The notes below the pieces were generated by a model, which was not told where the DNA came from, did no database searches, and saw only the letters and a program-made list of their open reading frames with translations. The position numbers and the translations under genes are program-made. Shown one piece after another: positions 38,680 through 48,435 of a DNA stretch of 64,000 nucleotides; position 1 is the stretch's first letter, and each line of letters opens with the position of its first letter. The stretch is from Syntrophothermus sp. DTU052 (GTDB taxonomy: Bacteria > Bacillota > Syntrophomonadia > Syntrophomonadales > DTU052). The DNA lies in the NCBI GenBank assembly GCA_001512495.1, contig LFRU01000032.1:45765-109764 (forward strand), written 5' to 3'.

Positions 38680-40191
38680 TTATAATTCCCCCTCATCACC
38701 GATAAATATCACCTGATTTCGAAGGTGGTTGTAAAAGGCGGTAGCATTTGTCACCGGCTGTTCCAGCAAAAACTCTTCGTATCTTATGTGGAACTCCACG
38801 CCCACATTCGCGAGGAGTCCCATGATGCCCAGTCCCCGGCCCCCGCACTTGTTAATCAGATCCTGGCGTTCTTGCCGCAAGTGGTGGAGACTGTTAACCC
38901 GCTTTGAATACCTGGACAGCTGTTCCCGCAACTCCTGCCGGAATTCCTCTTTTCCAGTCAGGCCTTTGAACTGCGAGATGAATGTCTTTATTTCGCGTTC
39001 CAGGGATTTTATGGTCTGGGAGATCTGCTTCATCCTGGCTGGATTAACGGGGCCATGGGCGGCCGGTTCATCACGACCCTGTGTTTTCTGAGGATCGAGG
39101 TGTTTTTTCTGCTGGTTCGCGGGTTTATATTCCTTGATGGTTTTGAAATAGACCGCTTTTCCTACTGACAGGGAAGAATCAAAAATAAAATCATCAATCA
39201 CCAGGTTTCGCCCGGCAGCTACGGTGGATTCCTCTATGAACGGCGCTTCTATATTGCCGCCGGCTTTCACCTGGGACTGTCCGGCGATGCCACCTTTGAC
39301 AAATACCGAGCCGTTAACCGAGATTACGGTACCCCCTTCCAGGGTGCCGCGGATTTCCACATCATCCTGGGCCTGAATGTGCGTACCGGGGCCAACATTG
39401 CCCATAACCAGAACCATTCCCTTAGCTGATATGGCTCCCATCTCCAGGTCGCCCGCAATGGTGTTGAGATCGGTTATATGCAAAACGGATTCTTCCCAGG
39501 TTAATGCTCCATCCCTGCCGGCCAGAGCCGTATTTCCTTTAACAATAACCGAATTCCCCACCTTGAATTCCAGGTTTCTTCCCGGCAGGGGGTGTACAAT
39601 CTCGCCCATTACGTTGCAGCCAAAAACCCCCAGGGTGGAGGGTGTTCTCTGGGCAATCACATCACCTTCGCGGACCTGGATGATGTATCCGGGTTCATAG
39701 GCAAAGCCGTCTTCAACTGGTGCCGGATCGAGTTCGGGTTGATTGTATACATAAGTGATGCTTGCATCCAGGCCTGGTTCCGGAGGGTTCCCGGTGGCGA
39801 TTACCTCGCGGAAAGCCGGTCGCTTCAAGTTGATCAGGGTTTTTATTCTTTCCAGGTTGACCCCGTGAACAACCTGCTTATCCTTTAGCTTCTGGTACAC
39901 CTCATCCAGAGGCACCTTTTCTCCGGGTCGGATGTTCAGGGTAAGCAGAGCCGACATCTTACCCGGGCCCACTGTTATTATGATTTTACCGTCCGTTGAT
40001 TCTTCCGGCTTCAATTGCAATAAGATCTCCTGCCCGACCTTGGCATTTACCACTTCCCGCATTATCTTGCTGACATCAACATCAAGGTTGTGCCGCTTAA
40101 TTTCCTGTGACAGGAGATTAAGGTCAACTTTCCCGGTGACTTTAAGATAGTAACCATCGAAGGTTTCTATAATTCGGAAGTTAGCCGACAC
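38680..40191 (-). CDS. FapA/DUF342 family protein
   Basis: The GTG at 40191 is preceded by AAAGGGAGAG, giving 503 aa. The FapA-type N-terminus (FRIIETFDGYYLKVTG...VPLDEVYQKLKDKQVVHGVN), the beta-helical core (GNIEAPFIEESTVAAGRNLVI) and a C-terminal coiled coil all fit. The upstream 75 codons of ORF 38680..40416 look spurious. Confidence 0.75.
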   Translation of the reverse strand: MSANFRIIETFDGYYLKVTGKVDLNLLSQEIKRHNLDVDVSKIMREVVNAKVGQEILLQLKPEESTDGKIIITVGPGKMSALLTLNIRPGEKVPLDEVYQKLKDKQVVHGVNLERIKTLINLKRPAFREVIATGNPPEPGLDASITYVYNQPELDPAPVEDGFAYEPGYIIQVREGDVIAQRTPSTLGVFGCNVMGEIVHPLPGRNLEFKVGNSVIVKGNTALAGRDGALTWEESVLHITDLNTIAGDLEMGAISAKGMVLVMGNVGPGTHIQAQDDVEIRGTLEGGTVISVNGSVFVKGGIAGQSQVKAGGNIEAPFIEESTVAAGRNLVIDDFIFDSSLSVGKAVYFKTIKEYKPANQQKKHLDPQKTQGRDEPAAHGPVNPARMKQISQTIKSLEREIKTFISQFKGLTGKEEFRQELREQLSRYSKRVNSLHHLRQERQDLINKCGGRGLGIMGLLANVGVEFHIRYEEFLLEQPVTNATAFYNHLRNQVIFIGDEGEL

Positions 40192-40221
40192 ATTAACTCT
40201 CCCTTTAGTGGAATTTAATAA

Positions 40222-40230
40222 ATTATAACA
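40222..40230 (-). promoter_or_regulatory. Putative extended -10 element for the DUF342 gene
   Basis: The minus strand reads TGtTATAAT about 30 nt upstream of the GTG start. Confidence 0.35.
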
Positions 40231-40482
40231 CATAAATTTATTCCAGCTATGGAAAATACTCAATATGACTTTGCCAACCAGGATTATTTGGTTGTTTAGA
40301 GTATGGTTTTTCATATATGGCCCGATCATTAGATAAGCCATAAAACACTTGATTTGGGCTCCTCCTCCAAGTTTTTGCATGGACAAGACTTGACTGCCCC
40401 AGAGAAGCAGAATCATTTTTTTTAGAGGAACATACTACATAAGAAGCGTATATTTATTAAGGTACACAATCGGAGGTGAATT

Positions 40483-41112
40483 ATGAATCATATAACGGAT
40501 TATCGTCCGCTTATCATCGGGATAAACGGCAGTCCCAACAAGGAGGGGAATACCTCGGTATTAATGGCCGAGGCCTTAGCGGTATGTGCCAAGATGGGAG
40601 CCGATGTCCAACTGATTCGGTGCAGCGAGGCGTTGAAGGGATTAAAAGCCCCCTTTTGTGTTCACTGTCAATCACCATGCCAATCCCGGTGTGCAGAGGG
40701 TAAACCACTGGAAAAGGCATTACAGAGCTTGGGAAGGGCTGATGGGATAATAATTGGGAGTCCGGTCTATTTCGGAACCGTTTCCGGCCAGCTTAAAGCC
40801 TTCTGGGATAAAACCCGCACTCTCCGTTCCCGCAAGCGATTGCTGAATGTGGTGGGGGGAGCCATTGCAGTAGGAGGAAGCCCCTATGGCGGACAGGAAA
40901 CTGCTGTTCAAGCCATTCATCACATGATGCTGGTGCACGGCATGTTAGTTGTAGGGGATGGATATATCGACGACGACTGTGGACACCTGGGAGCTATGGC
41001 CCAGCGGCCTTCGTTGGAGGACGGGCATGCCCTGGAAAGGGTCGGCATCCTGGCCAAGCGAGTGGTGCAGGTGGCTCGCGCTACCCGGGGTATCAGGGTG
41101 GACAGGGGATGA
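40483..41112 (+). CDS. Iron-sulfur flavoprotein-like NADPH-dependent FMN reductase
   Basis: 209 aa. Flavodoxin-like fold motifs (IIGINGSPNKEGNTS, IIIGSPVYFGTVSGQLKAFWD) plus a compact Cys cluster CVHCQSPCQSRC reminiscent of Isf proteins. Confidence 0.75.
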   Translation: MNHITDYRPLIIGINGSPNKEGNTSVLMAEALAVCAKMGADVQLIRCSEALKGLKAPFCVHCQSPCQSRCAEGKPLEKALQSLGRADGIIIGSPVYFGTVSGQLKAFWDKTRTLRSRKRLLNVVGGAIAVGGSPYGGQETAVQAIHHMMLVHGMLVVGDGYIDDDCGHLGAMAQRPSLEDGHALERVGILAKRVVQVARATRGIRVDRG

Positions 41113-42104
41113 ATATCAGACAGCAGTATCAACAGTTCGAGGACCAGTTTTTGTCTCCTTATGCAGTAAGGAGTAAGGACACCAAAGGGCGCATGAGGTA
41201 TCTACCTCCATGTGAGGTTCGTACTGATTTCCAGCGGGACCGAGACCGTATTATACATTCCAAGGCCTTTCGCCGCCTAAAACATAAGACCCAGGTGTTT
41301 ATTGCTCCCGAGGGCGATCATTACCGAACCCGGCTCACTCACACGCTGGAAGTAGCTCAGATAGCGCGTACCATTGCCAGGGCCCTCAGATTAAACGAGG
41401 ATTTGACGGAAGCTATTGCTTTGGGGCATGACCTGGGACATACACCATTTGGACATGCCGGGGAACATGCTCTTAACCGTTTACTGCCGGGAGGTTTTCG
41501 TCACTATGAACAGAGCCTCCGAGTAGTAGATATTCTGGAAGGCGATCAGGGCTTAAACCTTACTTATGAGGTACGCGACGGCATACTTAAACACAGCGGT
41601 GATGCCGAACCGGAAACCCTTGAGGGAATGGTGGTGAAGATCTCCGATCGTATAGCCTATATAAACCACGACATTGACGATGCCCTGCGAGCCGGCAAGA
41701 TCAGGATTGAAGAACTGCCGTATGATTGCTTGGAAATTCTGGGTCGCAAGCATAGCGAACGGATCAATACCATGGTTCGGGACACTATTCTGCACAGTAC
41801 GGGAAAACCGAGGGTTTCCATGAGCAGCGAAGTGGGGGAGGCCACTCAAAAGCTAAGGGATTTCTTGTTTAATGTGGTTTATATGGGGATTGAAGCCCAA
41901 CAAGAGGAAAGCAAAGCCCGTTTTATCATTGAAAAGATATTCCGTTTGGTTTTAGATCGACCGGAACTTGTCAGCGGTGAGCATGGCAAGAATATCATGG
42001 GGGAAAGGGAGGCGGCAGACTTTGTCGCCGGTATGACCGATCGTTATGCCATAAGGTTTTTTTCCAGCCACTTTCTGCCGATGTCGGTGGCCGATCTGGG
42101 TTGA
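41109..42104 (+). CDS. dGTPase-like HD-domain triphosphohydrolase
   Basis: 331 aa. FQRDRDRIIHSKAFRRLKHKTQVF, RLTHTLEVAQIAR and GHDLGHTPFGHAGE. Commonly found upstream of dnaG. Confidence 0.88.
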   Translation: MNIRQQYQQFEDQFLSPYAVRSKDTKGRMRYLPPCEVRTDFQRDRDRIIHSKAFRRLKHKTQVFIAPEGDHYRTRLTHTLEVAQIARTIARALRLNEDLTEAIALGHDLGHTPFGHAGEHALNRLLPGGFRHYEQSLRVVDILEGDQGLNLTYEVRDGILKHSGDAEPETLEGMVVKISDRIAYINHDIDDALRAGKIRIEELPYDCLEILGRKHSERINTMVRDTILHSTGKPRVSMSSEVGEATQKLRDFLFNVVYMGIEAQQEESKARFIIEKIFRLVLDRPELVSGEHGKNIMGEREAADFVAGMTDRYAIRFFSSHFLPMSVADLG

Positions 42105-42132
42105 GGGGACCAGCGGAAGGGGGGGGAAAAGG

Positions 42133-43968
42133 ATGAACGGTGGTCGTGATCAAGAGCTGATAAGACAGATTGAATCACACATCGACATTGTGGATATAAT
42201 CGGGGAAAGAGTCGAGTTAAGCAGGCGCGGGAACCGTTACTGGGGACTCTGTCCTTTTCATTCTGAAAAGACCCCCTCATTTTCCGTTTCCCAGGAGAAG
42301 CAGCTTTTTTACTGCTTTGGCTGTCACCAGGGCGGCAATGTTTTTACTTTTCTTAAAAAGCACGATAAACTCGAATTCCGAGAGGCTTTGCAGTACCTGG
42401 CCAATAAGGCCGGCATCGATATCAGCCGCTATCAGTCACTACGTCCGTCGGCCAAAGGGGCCCGGGATAACACCATTATTGAGATTAATCAGGAGGCGGC
42501 CCGGTTTTACCATGAACTTCTTATGAGCGATTCCGGCGGGACCGCCAGGGAGTATCTCCTTGGGCGCCAGGTGGATCCAAAAACCGTAGAAAAGTTTTGT
42601 CTGGGATATGCGCCTGATGACTGGCGACAACTGGAAGAATACCTTTTGGCAAAGGGCTATCCCATTGAAGCCATTACGGAATCAGGGCTGGTGAGAAGAA
42701 GCCGGCGTGGCGATTTATATATTGATTTTCTGCGCAACCGCATAATATTTCCTATACATGACTTGAGCGGAAGGATAATAGGTTTTGGTGGGCGGCTTAT
42801 TAGCGGCGAAGGCCCCAAATACCTGAACTCGGCAGAAAACCGGGTTTTTTCAAAACGTTTTCACCTGTTTGGTTTGTATCACGGGCGTGAGGCCATTCGA
42901 TCGGCTTCCGAGGTGATACTCGTAGAAGGGTATATGGACTGCCTGGCATTGCACCAGTATGGTATTGCCAATGTGGTTGCCACCCTGGGCACTGCGTTTA
43001 CTCGGGAGCAGGCAAAACTCATCAAAAGATTTACTGAAACTGTTCTGGTGATGTATGACGGGGATGAAGCCGGGCAGCGGGAAACCATGCGTGCGCTGGG
43101 TGTTTTACATCAGGAAGGGATTTATGCACAGGTCATTCCCTTACCGCCGGGCATCGATCCGGATACTTTGGTTCGAGAAAAAGGAAAAGAGGAATTCTTG
43201 AATTTCGTACAGAATAATAGAGTTACCGTTACCGAGTATAAGCTGGGAAACTACATAAAATCCGGTTTAGCCGCCAATTTGGAAAGAAAGGTTGAGATTC
43301 TCTGGAGCCTGTTTCCTGAGGTTGACCGAGTCAAAAGTGTTTTGGCGCAGGAAAGGCAACTCAATATTTTGGCGCACCGTTTGGACCTTCCGGAGGGTGA
43401 CGTTAAACGCGAATTTAGTTCATGGAAAAGGCGCAAAGGCTCAGTTGGCAGTATCAGGAATAGAAACCGGGTATTTAGAAATAATAGAAAACGCGAAGAA
43501 AAACGAGAAAGCCGCCATTTTGAGGAAAGATTGCTGGTTAGAATGATTGCCGATCATGATCTGTATTCAAAAATCAAAAAAGAGTTTGGAATTGACGCCT
43601 TTTCTGACCCTTCGCTTAGAAACCTGGCATTGACTTTTGACGGTGTTTGCTCAACCGGCGAACCACGGGAGGCCCAGGACCGCTTTATGGAAAAGATCGT
43701 CACCGATGATGAGATGAGTGCCATTTGGGCCAGAATATGTATGCTGGAGGAGGAAAACCCGCTGACAGCATACGAGATAGACCACTATATAAGACGTCAG
43801 GTGGTTTTGCGTGAAAGATCCCAGTGGCAGGAATTCGGAGCCCAACTCGCGGAAATTGAATTAAATGGCGATTTTTTCTCTGTTTTAGGGTCCATTGTCA
43901 GGCTGGGGAATATGACTTTTGGAAGGGCCGGAAAGGAGGGATCTCATGAAAGCGGAAAAGAAACTTGA
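42133..43968 (+). CDS. dnaG: DNA primase DnaG
   Basis: 611 aa. Zinc finger [29 protein letters not shown] and a TOPRIM domain ([14 protein letters not shown]). Confidence 0.96.
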   Translation: MNGGRDQELIRQIESHIDIVDIIGERVELSRRGNRYWGLCPFHSEKTPSFSVSQEKQLFYCFGCHQGGNVFTFLKKHDKLEFREALQYLANKAGIDISRYQSLRPSAKGARDNTIIEINQEAARFYHELLMSDSGGTAREYLLGRQVDPKTVEKFCLGYAPDDWRQLEEYLLAKGYPIEAITESGLVRRSRRGDLYIDFLRNRIIFPIHDLSGRIIGFGGRLISGEGPKYLNSAENRVFSKRFHLFGLYHGREAIRSASEVILVEGYMDCLALHQYGIANVVATLGTAFTREQAKLIKRFTETVLVMYDGDEAGQRETMRALGVLHQEGIYAQVIPLPPGIDPDTLVREKGKEEFLNFVQNNRVTVTEYKLGNYIKSGLAANLERKVEILWSLFPEVDRVKSVLAQERQLNILAHRLDLPEGDVKREFSSWKRRKGSVGSIRNRNRVFRNNRKREEKRESRHFEERLLVRMIADHDLYSKIKKEFGIDAFSDPSLRNLALTFDGVCSTGEPREAQDRFMEKIVTDDEMSAIWARICMLEEENPLTAYEIDHYIRRQVVLRERSQWQEFGAQLAEIELNGDFFSVLGSIVRLGNMTFGRAGKEGSHESGKET

Positions 43969-45034
43969 TGAAGCGATAAACAGCCTAACCGAAAAGGGTA
44001 AGAAGAAGGGCACGCTTACCTATGAAGAGGTAATGGATGAATTGCAGGGGTTCAGCTTGGAACCCGACCGCATTGAAGAGATATATGATTCTCTGCAGAG
44101 TCACGGCATTCAGGTAGCACCTGAGACTTTTGATGAGTTGGAAGATACGGAGGACCATTCGGAAAACGAGACGGAAGACGTTGAGATCGCAGTTCCGGAA
44201 GGGGTTGAGGTCGATGATCCGGTCCGCATGTACTTAAAGGAGATTGGTAGAGTTCCGCTCTTGAATGCGGCTGAGGAGATAGAGTTAGCCAAGCGTATCG
44301 AACAGGGAGATGAGGAAGCCAAGCGAAAACTGGTGGAAGCCAACTTGCGGCTGGTGGTCAGCATTGCCAAACGTTATGTTGGCCGGGGAATGCTTTTCCT
44401 GGATCTGATTCAGGAAGGGAACCTTGGGCTGATGAAGGCGGTAGAGAAATTTGACTATAAGAAAGGCTTCAAATTCAGCACCTATGCCACCTGGTGGATC
44501 AGGCAGGCCATTACCAGAGCCATAGCTGATCAGGCGCGTACCATCAGGATCCCAGTTCATATGGTGGAAACAATTAATAAGCTGTCCCGGGTGCAGCGCA
44601 CGCTTCTTCAACAGTTGGGGCGTGAACCGCTGCCGGCCGAGGTAGCTAAGGAAATGGAAATCTCAGTTGAGAGAGTCATGGAGATAATCAAGGTGGCCCA
44701 GGAACCGGTATCATTGGAGACGCCCATTGGAGAAGAGGATGACAGTCATCTGGGAGACTTTATTACTGATGAGGATGCAGAATCTCCAGAGGAATCAGCT
44801 TCTTTCGTCCTCCTCAGGGAACACCTGGACGGCATTCTGGAGACCCTGACTGAACGCGAGGAGAAGGTACTGCGCCTGCGCTTCGGGTTGGACGATGGCA
44901 AACCCAGAACTCTGGAAGAAGTCGGTCAGGAATTTGGGGTTACCCGGGAGAGGATCCGGCAGATCGAGGCCAAGGCTTTACGAAAGCTCAGACACCCTTC
45001 ACGCAGTCGGAGGCTTAAGGACTACATTGAGTAA
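43946..45034 (+). CDS. sigA: RNA polymerase primary sigma factor SigA/RpoD
   Basis: The ATG at 43946 follows GAAAGGAGGG. Region 2 ([16 protein letters not shown]) and region 4 ([29 protein letters not shown]) are present. It overlaps the dnaG end by 23 nt. Confidence 0.97.
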   Translation: MKAEKKLDEAINSLTEKGKKKGTLTYEEVMDELQGFSLEPDRIEEIYDSLQSHGIQVAPETFDELEDTEDHSENETEDVEIAVPEGVEVDDPVRMYLKEIGRVPLLNAAEEIELAKRIEQGDEEAKRKLVEANLRLVVSIAKRYVGRGMLFLDLIQEGNLGLMKAVEKFDYKKGFKFSTYATWWIRQAITRAIADQARTIRIPVHMVETINKLSRVQRTLLQQLGREPLPAEVAKEMEISVERVMEIIKVAQEPVSLETPIGEEDDSHLGDFITDEDAESPEESASFVLLREHLDGILETLTEREEKVLRLRFGLDDGKPRTLEEVGQEFGVTRERIRQIEAKALRKLRHPSRSRRLKDYIE

Positions 45035-45054
45035 CCCTCATAATGCCCTTAAGC

Positions 45055-45079
45055 TTGGCGATAGTCGCCAGTTTTTTTT
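45055..45079 (+). terminator. Rho-independent terminator of sigA
   Basis: Stem ttggcga/tcgccag with a short loop, followed by T8 (45072-45079). Confidence 0.7.
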
Positions 45080-45092
45080 CTCTGCAATTCAG

Positions 45093-45121
45093 TTGACTTT
45101 GCTTGGGATCCATCTTATAAT
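45093..45121 (+). promoter_or_regulatory. Near-consensus sigma-A promoter of the tRNA cluster
   Basis: TTGACT (45093-45098), a 17-nt spacer, then TATAAT (45116-45121), 18 nt before the first tRNA. Confidence 0.8.
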
Positions 45122-45138
45122 AGACTTTGCTGAGCCGC

Positions 45139-45213
45139 TCCTCGATAGCTCAACGGTAGAGCAACCGGCTGTTAACCGGTAGGTTGTAGGTTCGAATCCT
45201 ACTCGGGGAGCCA
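45139..45213 (+). tRNA. tRNA-Asn (GTT)
   Basis: 75 nt. Acceptor stem tcctcga/tcgggga, then G and encoded CCA. Anticodon loop ctGTTaa. T-loop ggttcgaatcc. Confidence 0.93.
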
Positions 45214-45220
45214 TTAATTT

Positions 45221-45296
45221 GGGCCTATAGCTCAGTTGGTAGAGCTACCGGCTCATAACCGGTTGGTCCCAGGTTCGAGTCCTGGTAGGCCCACCA
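45221..45296 (+). tRNA. tRNA with CAT anticodon (probably tRNA-Ile2/lysidine type; elongator Met not excluded)
   Basis: 76 nt. GGGCCTATAGCTCAG..., anticodon loop ctCATaa, encoded CCA. It lacks the initiator features. The GGnCC acceptor and CUCAUAA loop resemble Bacillus tRNA-Ile2. Confidence 0.85.
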
Positions 45297-45367
45297 AACG
45301 GGAAGTCGGAGACCGGAAGTTGGATGCCGAGGTTTTCAATCCGGTCCTCGGATAGCAATAAAATCAT

Positions 45368-45442
45368 GGCCCCATGGTCAAGTGGTTAAGACACCGCCCT
45401 TTCACGGCGGTAACTGGGGTTCGAATCCCCATGGGGTCACCA
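45368..45442 (+). tRNA. tRNA-Glu (TTC)
   Basis: 75 nt. GGCCCCATGGTCAAGTGGTTAAGACACCGCCCTTTCACGGCGG... is nearly identical in pattern to Bacillus tRNA-Glu. Encoded CCA. Confidence 0.95.
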
Positions 45443-45447
45443 TAATT

Positions 45448-45523
45448 GGGCGATTAGCTCAGCTGGGAGAGCACCTGCCTTACAAGCAGGGGGTCGGCAG
45501 TTCAAGCCTGTCATCGCCCACCA
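45448..45523 (+). tRNA. tRNA-Val (TAC)
   Basis: 76 nt. GGGCGATTAGCTCAGCTGGGAGAGC, anticodon loop ctTACaa, encoded CCA. Confidence 0.94.
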
Positions 45524-45530
45524 CGAACCA

Positions 45531-45560
45531 AACGGCGGACTTCTTAAGAGGTCCGCCGTT
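45531..45560. terminator. Hairpin at the end of the tRNA cluster / convergent gene boundary
   Basis: 10-bp stem aacggcggac/gtccgccgtt with a 10-nt loop, lying between tRNA-Val (+) and the 3' end of the minus-strand tautomerase gene. No clear U-tract. Confidence 0.5.
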
Positions 45561-45562
45561 AG

Positions 45563-45955
45563 TTATACTTTAATCTCAAAGCCTAGATCAACTTCGTTGG
45601 CCGGTATGCCTCCACGGATTCCCCAATTTTCAAGTGGCGGATCATGAAGAACGATAGTAATGTCATCCCCGTTTATGCCGGGTGATTGACTGAGATTCCT
45701 GACGATTGCTGAATACAGATTTTTCTTAGCCTCCAGGCTTCTACCCTCAAAGGCGGTAATTTCAATTAGGGTAAACCGCTCCGTCTTGGTTGGAGCGGTC
45801 TCAAAATTCTCTCTTTCCAATTCATACAGCCTTTGCATTCTGTCGTAATCGGGAATTCGGAAGGCTTCAACCAAAGCCGCATGTATTCCATCCAATAAAG
45901 CCTGCTTGTACTCTCGACTCTTGCCCTCGATTATTTCAACCTTAACCAGCGGCAT
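45563..45955 (-). CDS. Tautomerase-family protein (4-OT superfamily, long form)
   Basis: 130 aa starting MPLVKVEIIEGKS (Pro1 after Met). Two beta-alpha-beta halves. Confidence 0.8.
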   Translation of the reverse strand: MPLVKVEIIEGKSREYKQALLDGIHAALVEAFRIPDYDRMQRLYELERENFETAPTKTERFTLIEITAFEGRSLEAKKNLYSAIVRNLSQSPGINGDDITIVLHDPPLENWGIRGGIPANEVDLGFEIKV

Positions 45956-46006
45956 GTTATTTCACCTCACTCCAAGATTTTGTGCTTATTCCCATTAATC
46001 CACCTG

Positions 46007-46702
46007 TCATAGCTCGTTAATCTTCCGACCAAACATCACCACAAAGCTGAAATACTTGTAGACACAATCAACATCTGAAAAACCGGCCTCCTCCAACCAG
46101 TTTAACTGATCCTCCAATCTGGCCATCTTGTCCAATTTGGTTCTTTCATAGGCGGACTGGAGATCCTCTGTGGTTAAGGCGCTGTTTTCGACTTTGCGTT
46201 TCCAGTCTTTCTTGTACAGGGTTTCTAAAAAAGGCGTGCTGCCAAGTACCTGGTCCGCATTTATAAACACACCGCCCGGATTTAAGATGGAATAGATGGT
46301 CTGAAACAGCTGTTTTTTCTGTTCGTCCGGCAGATGATGAATCGACAGGGAGGAGAGTACTATGTCGTATGTGTTATCGAATCGGTGCTTCGTATAATCA
46401 TCAACTATGTATATGACGCCCGCTGCATCTTTCAGTCTTTCTCTGGCTACTTCCAGCATCTTTTCGGAGATATCAATCAAGGTTAGCCTGGCAACGGGAA
46501 ATTTCTGAAGAACCATAGACGACAGGAGCCCGGTTCCGGCGCCAACATCCAAAATAGCGGGGTTCTGTTTATCCGTCTCGGCAAGGGAAACAGCGATAGA
46601 ATAAAAGTCGTTAAAGCATGGTATCAGCATTCTCCTTTGAGCATCATATTGGCGGGCGTAATCATCAAACTTTTCCTTTACGTGTTGGTAATCAGAAGTC
46701 AT
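46007..46702 (-). CDS. Class I SAM-dependent methyltransferase
   Basis: 231 aa. Motif I ILDVGAGTGLLS, followed by LIDISEKML and GGVFINAD. Confidence 0.85.
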   Translation of the reverse strand: MTSDYQHVKEKFDDYARQYDAQRRMLIPCFNDFYSIAVSLAETDKQNPAILDVGAGTGLLSSMVLQKFPVARLTLIDISEKMLEVARERLKDAAGVIYIVDDYTKHRFDNTYDIVLSSLSIHHLPDEQKKQLFQTIYSILNPGGVFINADQVLGSTPFLETLYKKDWKRKVENSALTTEDLQSAYERTKLDKMARLEDQLNWLEEAGFSDVDCVYKYFSFVVMFGRKINEL

Positions 46703-46849
46703 AAATTAAGCCTCCATCGCTTCTAATGGGGTTTGAGGCAAGATTGATTTATGGCGGGATACTTTTAGTGTTGAGCGGCTGCAATTCCGATATGAATCAT
46801 TACGGTATGACAACGGCCGTAGAATCATTATACCATATTGCCCGCCAGG

Positions 46850-47617
46850 TTAGCGGGCCACCAGTACGGTGTTCAGAAAAGCCCGGGTGCTTTCTTGGCG
46901 CGGGTTTAATAGGACCTCTTCCGCTGGTCCCTCTTCGACGATATACCCTTCTTCCATGAAGAGTACGCGGTGTGCCACCTCACGGGCAAAACCAATTTCA
47001 TGAGTGACGACGATCATGGTCATGTGTTCCATGGCCAGATCCTTCATAACTTTTAGGACTTCACCGGTAAGAACCGGATCCAGGGCCGAGGTTGGTTCAT
47101 CAAAACAGAGTATATCCGGGTTCATGGCCAGAGCCCGGGCGATAGCCACCCTTTGCTGCTGTCCTCCTGATAGTTCAAAGGGATAATTATCAGCCTTATC
47201 CTCCAACCCAACCTTCTGCAGAAGGGTTCTGGCGTTGGCCAGGGCCTGCTCCAAATCCATTTTCTGCACCAGAACCGGGGCCAGCGTCAGGTTTTCCATG
47301 ACCGATTTGTGAGGAAACAGATTAAAGTTCTGAAAGACCATGCCTATTTTCCTTCTCATCTCTGCTGAATCCTGGGCGCTGGCATAGTATGCTTTACCAT
47401 CCGGCCCGGTTTTAACCAGCAACTGCCCGCCAATTTCGATCGTACCCCGATCAATCGTTTCCAAACGGTTCAGGCAGCGGAGAAAGGTACTCTTCCCCGA
47501 ACCGGAGGGGCCGATAATGGCCACAATTTCCCCCTTATTTATCTGCAGAGATACTCCTTTCAATACCTCCAGTGTTCCAAAACTTTTATAAATGTCAGAG
47601 GCATGAAGTACCTGCAT
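46850..47617 (-). CDS. Amino-acid ABC transporter ATP-binding protein (GlnQ-like)
   Basis: 255 aa. Walker A GPSGSGKST, signature LSGGQQQRVAIARAL, Walker B ILCFDEPTSALD. Confidence 0.95.
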   Translation of the reverse strand: MQVLHASDIYKSFGTLEVLKGVSLQINKGEIVAIIGPSGSGKSTFLRCLNRLETIDRGTIEIGGQLLVKTGPDGKAYYASAQDSAEMRRKIGMVFQNFNLFPHKSVMENLTLAPVLVQKMDLEQALANARTLLQKVGLEDKADNYPFELSGGQQQRVAIARALAMNPDILCFDEPTSALDPVLTGEVLKVMKDLAMEHMTMIVVTHEIGFAREVAHRVLFMEEGYIVEEGPAEEVLLNPRQESTRAFLNTVLVAR

Positions 47618-47629
47618 TCCCGGTCACTC

Positions 47630-48271
47630 CTAACGATAATAATCATACCTGGATTCCAGCCATTTGAAGAATAATTGAATAGCGGCCGTCATAGCCAGGT
47701 AAAAAACAGCAGCCACAATAAAGGGTACAAACAGAAAATCTCGAACAGCCGCTATCTTGGCCGCTCTCAGCAATTCGTTCATGCCGATGGCATAGACCAG
47801 AGCCGTATCCTTGATCAGATTAATAACCTCGTTGCTGACAGGAGGCAGAACCAGCTTGAACATCTGCGGCAGAATGATGGTCTTCATAGTCTGAAAGCGA
47901 GAAAGCCCTAATACATCGGCTGCTTCAAACTGTCCGCGATCGATAGACTGGATCCCGGCACGAAAGATCTCCGCCAGGTAGGCTGCATAGTTCAAAACAA
48001 AGGCAATAACAGCAGCCGTCATCCGGTCGAACTTAATACCGGCGACGCCCAGCCCAAAGTAAACAAAAAGGACTTGTAAGAGCAAGGGGGTACCCCGAAA
48101 AAGCCAGACATAAAACTGCATAAAAATATTCAAGGGAGGGAACTTGGACATCCGGGCTATGGCCAGAATGATCCCCAAAGGAATGGACATAACCAGGGTT
48201 AAAAAAAATAACTGTAATGTCAAAGCCGTTCCCTCAAGCAGTGAAGGGAGCAGGTTAAGCAAATACTGCAT
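47630..48271 (-). CDS. Amino-acid ABC transporter permease (His/Glu/Gln/Arg/opine family)
   Basis: 213-aa polytopic protein. The EAA-like loop EAADVLGLSRFQTMKTIILPQ is present. Confidence 0.93.
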   Translation of the reverse strand: MQYLLNLLPSLLEGTALTLQLFFLTLVMSIPLGIILAIARMSKFPPLNIFMQFYVWLFRGTPLLLQVLFVYFGLGVAGIKFDRMTAAVIAFVLNYAAYLAEIFRAGIQSIDRGQFEAADVLGLSRFQTMKTIILPQMFKLVLPPVSNEVINLIKDTALVYAIGMNELLRAAKIAAVRDFLFVPFIVAAVFYLAMTAAIQLFFKWLESRYDYYR

Positions 48272-48378
48272 GACAGCCCTCGTGCATCGTTAATAAGAAT
48301 TATAAAACAAGCTTGATCAAACAGCCCAATTAATAGTGATTACAAGAGATCACAGCTCTCATTATTGATAACGCTTAT

Positions 48379-48411
48379 GACAGGCTAACAGCGCACTGCT
48401 GTTAGCCTGTC
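48379..48411 (-). other. Strong intercistronic hairpin after the substrate-binding-protein gene
   Basis: 14-bp stem gacaggctaacagc/gctgttagcctgtc with a 5-nt loop, lying between the SBP stop (48436) and the permease start (48271). No U-tract, so it is probably an mRNA-stabilising or attenuating stem. Confidence 0.5.
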
Positions 48412-48435
48412 CAACCAAGCGGGTTATTGATGGGG

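Noticed and set aside
40192-40416. The 75-codon N-terminal extension of the DUF342 ORF (MILLLWGSQVLSMQK...).
   Set aside because: The extension covers the AT-rich promoter region including a TGtTATAAT element, has no RBS, and the internal GTG at 40191 has a strong RBS and begins the conserved FapA-type N-terminus.
45297-45367. The 71-nt spacer between the CAT tRNA and tRNA-Glu, considered as a possible degenerate fifth tRNA. It contains ggttttcaatcc, reminiscent of a T-loop, and interleaved gaccgga/tccggtc and ccgagg/cctcgg pairings.
   Set aside because: No cloverleaf can be drawn: there is no acceptor stem, D-arm or 7-nt anticodon loop. It is most likely just a processing spacer with a hairpin.
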